A stretch of 64,000 nucleotides of DNA from NCBI RefSeq assembly GCF_000315625.1, contig NW_005434671.1:879798-943797 (forward strand). Reading direction: 5' to 3'. Position numbers and translations under genes: made by a program. Under the pieces are notes generated by a model. That model was not told where the DNA came from. It saw only the letters and a program-made list of their open reading frames with translations, and did no database searches. The stretch is from Guillardia theta CCMP2712 (lineage: Eukaryota > Protista > Cryptophyta). This document shows, in pieces, positions 57,401 to 64,000 of this stretch. The first letter of the stretch is position 1, and every line of letters begins with the position of its first letter.

Positions 57401-60133
57401 ATGGAGGACAGAGGCTTGTTGAACTTGGGGGCGTATCAATGCTTCTCGGAATGGCATCAAGTGGTCGAGTAGAAGACAAAGAGTCAGCGCTGGAGCAACT
57501 GGAACAGATCAGCAACAATCAGAGTGGCTTGTCATCATTTGAAGGCCAAGAGAGGGATCTCTTGCCTACTCTGGTACAATCGATGCAATCGAACTTGTCA
57601 GCGGTTAGAATCCGAGCGATCAGTGTGCTGGCTAACGTCACTAGGGACGAGAAAATTGCTCCGATAGCCGTTGGGGCCGGAGCAGTGTCTGCGATGCTGC
57701 AGCATCATGATCGCAAGAACGTACAAGAATTGGATGGGGTTGTGAATGTCTTGAGAAACCTTGCATGGCTGGACACGCTCCACGAGATGATCGTCGAGAC
57801 GAGCTTCCTTCCTAATTTGGTAAGTCTGCTCAGCTCCACAAGGACGCAGACACAAGAAGCAGCAGCAGCTGTGGTCACAGAGTTCTCTAACCGCAGGCAT
57901 CTTCTTATCCACCTCATCAATAGTGCTGCGCTGATGCCAATCGTCTCACTTTTGTCGCGAGGGAACGGCAAGCTGGTAGAGAAGGCGATGAAAACATTGA
58001 GCAACCTGGTTTACCTCCCAGATGCATCAAGCGAACTTCAGAAAGCTGGGAAGCTTGACGTTGTTGTCCCGCATCTCTCCATGGGTTCATCTTCCACGCA
58101 GATGAATGCTGTCTTGACTATCGGAGGCATCGTGTCTACTATCGGAGAGCGAGCTCGTTTCTTGAGCAATGGAGCGGTTGAAAGGATAGCAACTATGTTG
58201 AGCATGAATCAATTCAAGAGCGAGGGAATCCTATACACTCTTGGTGAACTGTGCGAAGAGAAATCCATCTGTGAAGCGCTTGGAAGACAAGATTCTCCAT
58301 GGAAGCAAGCACGTGACTGGATGGTTCAGTCAGTTGCTGCCCCTCACAGTGACTTGGATTTGCGCCGACGTTGCGCTTTTGTGCTGAGGCGCCTTGCCAA
58401 GATTCCGAACACGTCTGTGAAGATTGCTCTTGTGGAGAGTGGCGCATCGGATGCTGCAATGCAGCTTTTGCTCGAGCAAGACGATGGGGTTCTGTGCGCA
58501 GACTTGAGTGCGACGCTCTATGACTTGGCCACATGCCCGCAAGGTTTGGATCGGGTCTGTACAAAGACCAACATCTCGATGGTTGTTGGACTTGCTGACC
58601 ATGCACATGAGCCGACCAGGGCGTATGGTGTACGCCTAGTGGCTCTCGTGGTTGCGAGGGGAGGGCTCAAGCAGATTCTTGAAGCGAAGGGAGAGGAGAC
58701 GATAAGAATCATAGGTATGCTCGCAGCAACTCATGCTAGCGAGATGTCTTTCGTTTCCAAGGCGCGAATGAACATGCAAGGGTTGGGCTTCATGCCGACT
58801 AGTGATGTTGTGGTGCCAAAGATGGTGAACGAGAAGGTGACGCCCAAGGCGGTTCCGGTACCTGACTATCCATATGAAAATGCTTTGCCTGTAGTGGCTC
58901 ATCAGGCTGAAGTTCTCTCCCCCAAGACAGTTCAGACTCCTTCCAACTCGACTCAGAACCACCGGGCGGTTGAACATGCCGCAACTCCTGAGGTCCAGAA
59001 GTCAAGGCCGAATGACAATCATCAGCAGAGCGTGAACTCGCACACTGCGGTGGCACGTGAAGAAATCATTGAGCCCTCAGTCGCGGCTGAGAGAGAGCTT
59101 CCTCCTGGATGGGGAACAGCCAAGGACAAGTCGTCAGGGAGGGTCTACTACTACAACAAGGCCCTCAAGATCACCCAATGGGAGTTCCCAGAGATCATCT
59201 CAGACGATCCTTTGCCGCCTCCCCCCATGGTGAAGGAAGTGAAGGAGCCTCCAGCATCGAGCCCGCCAGCTGTCGCTCAGCAGCCTCGCGCTGTCAACGA
59301 TACCCAGCCAGCCAGTCTTCCAGCTGTTCACCCGGTTGCACAATCTGTGGCTCAGCCGCAGCCCAAGGTTGTAGCGTCTCCTGCGCCTACGATTCCGATG
59401 ACCGAGCCCGTTGCACAAACTCTTCCTGTGAATCCGGCAATGACGACGGTAGGAGAAGTTTGAGTGTGTTGTATGTTGATGCCTTCTACACTTGTCACGA
59501 CAATTACTGTGCATCCTGATGACTTTGTTTCAGGCTGCTCCTCCTCGCTATGAGAATGTGAAAGGACCTTTGCCAGTGGGCTGGGAGGAGCGAAGCACTG
59601 CGGACGGGAGGATGTACTTCATTGATCACAACTCCAAGACCACAACCTGGATCGACCCGAGAGACAGCCAGCAGAAAGACTCGTTGGCGAGCAAGCAGAT
59701 CTTGCCGCAACCTGCAGCATCCCGAGAGACTGTCCAAGACAGCTCTCCTGGGTCGGCCGGAGCTCAAAGCCTAACGAGCAACTCGACCTTGGTGGCAGAA
59801 AGTCTCGGGGCCTCGGCATTGGAGACAGACCTGACCTTGAGAAAGGAGGAGGTGTCGGCGAGTCCGAGCCCGGCGAGCACCGTGACAGGAGCTCCTCCTC
59901 TCAGTGTCTGCAACAGCGAAGTCTCTCTGAGTGAGCATGTCGAGATGCTCGCCAACGAATCCGTCCCGAGTAGGGAGGTAGAGGAGCAGCCCAACAGGAG
60001 CGAGTCGCATGAGTCACAAGCCCTTGCTCCCCCCCTCAGCCCCGTTTCCAGCTCAGCCCCTCCCATCCCTACCGATCCAGAGACTCACCAGGACGACGAA
60101 GACGAAGACGCTTCTTCAGCGCCCCCGGAGTGA
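54481..60133 (+). CDS. LSD1-type zinc ribbon + FYVE + long armadillo array + two WW domains
   Basis: [22 protein letters not shown]; WMDQ...CSLC...[16 protein letters not shown]...RVCSLC (FYVE); many ARM repeats; [31 protein letters not shown] and [31 protein letters not shown] (WW). Confidence 0.9.
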
Positions 60134-60276
60134 AAGCGGCGACGATGAGCGAGACGAGGGAGGGAGGGAGCGGTAGGAGGCGAAGATCTTGTAGATAGGG
60201 AAACAGAGAAACTCATAAGGAACGAGCTTTGTGATCGTTGAAAGAATACAATTTGACAAGTAGGGGTCAAACAAGG

Positions 60277-62905
60277 CTAGGCTTCGAGCATCTCACGAAT
60301 GAACTTGCTTGAGGCTTTGACGTCTCCGACGGCTCGAAAGAAATCCTCCGCCTCCACACTCTCACCTGACCGCATCAGCACCTGGCGTGCACCTCAATCA
60401 ATCTCGGCGTCCTCCCCATCCCCCAATCTCAACTCCTCCCTCCCACTCTCCTCCTCTCCTCCCCTGTCCCTCCTCTCCTTCCCCCTCTCCTCCTCTCCTC
60501 CCCTCTCCCCCGCTCCCCTCTCCTCCCTCCCACTCTCCTCCTCTCCTCGTACCGCGTGACAGTCTTCCATTGCCCTGCCCACCATCCGGTCTCGTAGGAG
60601 CAGGCAGAGGCCTAGCGCAGCTCTGAACAGGAAGCTCTCCCCCTCCAGCAGGAAGCAATCCCACACGCGGCATGAAAGCTCCACAGGGAAGTTCTTGGAG
60701 AAGATTGTGAGCCACCTGCGGAGGATAAGGGAAGAGCAGGAGCAGGAGGAGCAGGAGCAGGAGGAGCAGGAGCAGCAGGAGCAGCAGGAGCAGGAGCAGC
60801 AGGAGCAGGAGCAGGAGGAGCAGGAGGAGCAGGAGGAGCAGGAGGAGGAGCAGGAGGAGGAGGAGGAGCAGGAGGAGCAGGAGGAACAGGAGGAGCAGGA
60901 GGGCAAGATTGCCGACCATTCTGTGATGATGAGATCTGAGGAGAAACCAATGGTGTGGAAGTGGTAAGCCAAGTCAGGCAGCTCCTGCCCGAGGAGGATC
61001 TCGAAGACTTTCCACCGCAGCTCGATCTTCTCTGCATCCATCTGCCAATACGCTCACTCCCCAGCCCAGCCCCAGCTGCAACTCACCCGCAGAAAGCTGG
61101 GAAAGAACCTGCAGGAGAGGAGGTTCCCAAGGCACACAAAGGCCTCGGCAGGAGCCATGAAGAGGAGGAAGATCGCTCCGAGGTAGGACATGCCTTGGAC
61201 GTAGCCAACCTCCGGCTGCAGCGCCGAGACGGTGCATAGGAGAACCCTGAGCTGAGCCTCGTCGACATCCTTGCCCTTCAGTTTGGTTCTGGGGAGGTCG
61301 TTGTTGATGATCTCAATGCCGGGGATGAAGAACGAACGGTCGTTGACTACCATCGCCTGCTCTGCGTCACTTGTGCCCGGAGGATCAGTGTAAGGTTCCT
61401 GACCAGAGACTCGTACTTGTCGTGATCCAAGTTGAGTTTGTTGCCAATGGCTCGCGGCCAAACCTTCACAGAGTCAGAGTTACATTCCACGTCACCAGCT
61501 CATCCTAAACCATCACCACCACCACCACCACCACCACCTCCTCCTCCTCCTCCTCCTCCTCCTCCTCCTCCTCCTCCTCTCCTCCTCCTCCTCCTCCTCC
61601 TCAGTCTCCTCTTCTTCCTCAGTCTGATCCTTCTCCTAGTCTCCTCCTCCTCAGTCTCCTCTTCTTCCTCAGTCTGATCCTCCTCCTCAGTCTCCTCCTC
61701 CTCCTCAGTTCACTCAGTCTCCTCCTCTTCACTCGCTCCTCACATTCTGGCGGAGTTTCCATGGGATCCCTTGCTTCCACAGCGCATGCACCCATTTCTT
61801 CCGGATGACGGACTCGAAGTTGGGCAGAATTTCCTCTGTCCACATGCGAACTTTCTCTCCTGGAGAGATGGGGACCGACGAAGTGGCGGCTGCAAAGTCA
61901 AAGTTTAGAGCAATGATGGTGAGGGGGCAGGGGGGAGGGGGAGGAGGAGGGAGGAGGAGGGAGGAGGGAGGAAAGAGAAGCGAGGAGGAAGGAGGAAAGA
62001 GAGAAGAGAGAGGAGAGAGGGAGAGGAGAGAGGGAGAGGAGAGGAGAAAGAAACACCTTCTTCCTCCCCTCGTTCTTGTCGAAGAGATCTGTGGAACTGA
62101 AGATGATCTTGTACAGAAGCGGGTTGATCGCAGTGACGGTCTCTCCTTCTAGCAAATCTTGCCATCATCCTCTTCACAGGCGAGGAGATGTTGAGTCTGA
62201 CGCGCCTCCTCTGACCATCAGGGGACAGAGCTTGCACATCCTCATGGTTGATGAATATTGCCTCAACCTCCTCATCGCTCTCTATCATCTCAGCCTCGAC
62301 GTCGTCAAGCCTCCCCCTCCCCCTCCCCCTCCCCCTCCCCCTCATCGCTCGACCCTCCTCTCCTCCCTGCTGTAAAGTTGCGGGGATGCAGCTGTCGATG
62401 TAATCGTCCACGTAGTCGATATCCAGCAGGATCTCAACGTGCTTGCACTCCTTCTGTGCTGACTCATCGCCTCCTCCTCCATCCTCTCGCTTCCGCTCGT
62501 TCACAGAGCTTTCCTCCGACATGCTCATCCTTGAAACCGCCTCCTGCCTCCTCCTCGCCGCTGCGCGTGCTGCCGGAGAAGGACCGGGAAGAGGAGGAGG
62601 GATTTCATCTTCCAGCGACTCTTGCATGGAGCACAGCAGCTGCCTCTCTCTCCTAGCTGCGAGAGCCCGAGCAGCAGGAGAAGGACCAGGAAGCGGAGGG
62701 GAGGGGGAGAAGATCGGTCCTCGTGCTGCATGTCAGGCTACCAGGAGGCTGTTCAGAGTTTCACAGGCCACTGAGGAGACGACAGGAGCAGCTGCAGAAA
62801 AATCTCCCGCTCGCTCATGCGGGAAACAAGGCCTGCCGTAAGGCGTTTGGGAAGCTATACAGGGGAACTCCCAGAGACAAGCAGAAGACGGTCAAGTGCA
62901 TCCAT
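60277..62905 (-). CDS. TBC-domain Rab GTPase-activating protein; start uncertain
   Basis: IINNDLPRT (R finger), VGYVQGMSYL (Q finger), EAFVCL.NLL, LPDLAYHF, WLTIFS...RVWDCFLLEG..FLFRAALG; stop TAG at 60277-60279. Confidence 0.88.
60400..60901. repeat. Intronic polypyrimidine tract (60400-60550) and (GAGCAG/GAG)n tract (60733-60901)
   Basis: Direct reading; both interrupt conserved TBC motifs and are bounded by GT..AG on the minus strand. Confidence 0.85.
61513..62046. repeat. (CCA)n-(CCT)n microsatellites (61513-61730) and polypurine tract (61922-62046)
   Basis: Direct reading. Confidence 0.85.
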
Positions 62906-63439
62906 GAGGCTTGAAGCTGGTAAGAAGAGAAGACGTGTCAACGAAGACAACAAGAAGCAGCAAGGGAGGAAAGAAGGAATATTCACTAGAAAAATCGAGT
63001 TGCGCTTTAAAAGACACACATAGTCACTGTGAGTAAAGATTAAAAGATACACATAGATTCACTGTGAATATTTGCTCATCAATCTGATCGATCTGTCATA
63101 CACTGCTCATTCGGGGACATGCTAGTCTTAAGCCGGAGCTCTACCTTTCCGTTCTCTTCCACCTGCCCTGCTACATCTCATACTTCTACTAATACCATCA
63201 TTCATACTTGTAATCGTGTTCATGCTCATCCAAATATTCTCCTAATATCATACTCATACCAGTCGTTTTTTAAACATTATCCTCAAGTTCATCACGGCTC
63301 TGAGCATTTGCTTCAACGGACCTTTACCTTCACCATCTCAGCGTCGATATTTCCACATTACACACTTCATCATCCCTTCCGTTCTTGATTGACAAAATCT
63401 AGCTGTCATGTGTATTGCCTGCTGCTCCATCACCAACTC

Positions 63440-63600
63440 CTCGTTCCTCCTCGTTCCTCCTCCTCCTCCTCCTCCTCCTCCTCCTCCTCCTCCTCCTCCT
63501 CCTCCTGATCCTACTCCTGATCCTACTCCTGATCCTACTCCTTCTGATCCTCCTCCTAATCATCCTCCTGATCATCCTCCTGATCATCCTCCTTCTCCTC
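63440..63600. repeat. (CCT)n and 12-bp (CTGATCCTACTC)-type microsatellite
   Basis: Direct reading; this repeat generates the poly-Leu/poly-Arg pseudo-ORFs in the track. Confidence 0.88.
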
Positions 63601-64000
63601 GTGCTCCTGCTTGTCCATGCCTTCGGAGCCATGGCTCCCCGGCGCCCTCTGGTCCTGCGTCTCCGTTCTCTCATCTCCGAAATCAGTCTGTTAAAATGTT
63701 TGGCGTCACAGGTATCCTCAGGGATACTATATTGCATACCAGTGAGGGCCCGCGTCCCCGGCACCCGGCGGCCGGGCACTGCACCCGGCCGCCGGGCCGG
63801 CAGCACTGGCCCCCGGGCCCGGGCGGCTGGCCAGGCGTCGGCCCTGCCAGGCTGGGCCCGGACCGTTGGACTGAGGCTCACTCTGTAGTAGTAGTAGTCA
63901 AGTTTATTAGAATGCTAGATAAGTCGTATCGGGTACCTTTCCGGCCTATTCTTAGTAGTCTAAAGGGGTTCTCACGCTTGGCAGAGCGGCCCTTCTTGGA

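Noticed and set aside
60394-61041. Poly-Leu, poly-EQ, Cys/Ser- and Pro/Ala-rich ORFs in the track
   Set aside because: Translations of an intronic microsatellite inside the TBC gene.
63399-63888. Poly-Arg / poly-Leu ORFs
   Set aside because: Artefacts of a (CCT)n tract plus a GC island; no protein-like content.

Overview
Eukaryotic nuclear DNA, gene-dense, with many short (~40-55 nt) spliceosomal introns and two N-gaps (4516-4615, 12444-12560). Gene content and style suggest a cryptophyte-like alga (Guillardia/Hanusia type); this is inference, not a database result. I can support about 23 gene models. Recognisable ones are an EVE-domain fragment, EF-hand, NHL+EF-hand, beta-helix, a tandemly duplicated CMD/AhpD gene, coiled-coil+LRR, ARM, fucosyltransferase-like, DUF4787-like, SDH1, PWWP-RRM-KH, ankyrin, BK/Slo K+ channel, RAD51C, POLD4, ZnF-FYVE-ARM-WW and TBC RabGAP. 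I saw no rRNA, tRNA, CRISPR array or intact transposase. The most striking non-coding signals are these. (1) Gene-upstream spacers are built from dense short palindromes (CCGG/TACGGTA/CTCAGTGAG type and TACCC/GGGTA type), and comparing the two copies of a recent tandem duplication shows such motifs appearing as 4-5 bp insertions shaped like transposon excision footprints. (2) A family of 33-bp terminal inverted repeats brackets unrelated ~100-120 bp interiors. (3) Gene orientation alternates almost strictly. (4) GC-AG introns cluster, and there is one probable GA-AG intron. (5) Unrelated proteins carry a signal peptide followed by a ubiquitin-tail-like LRGG motif. Gene ends and intron boundaries were read by eye and are approximate where stated.
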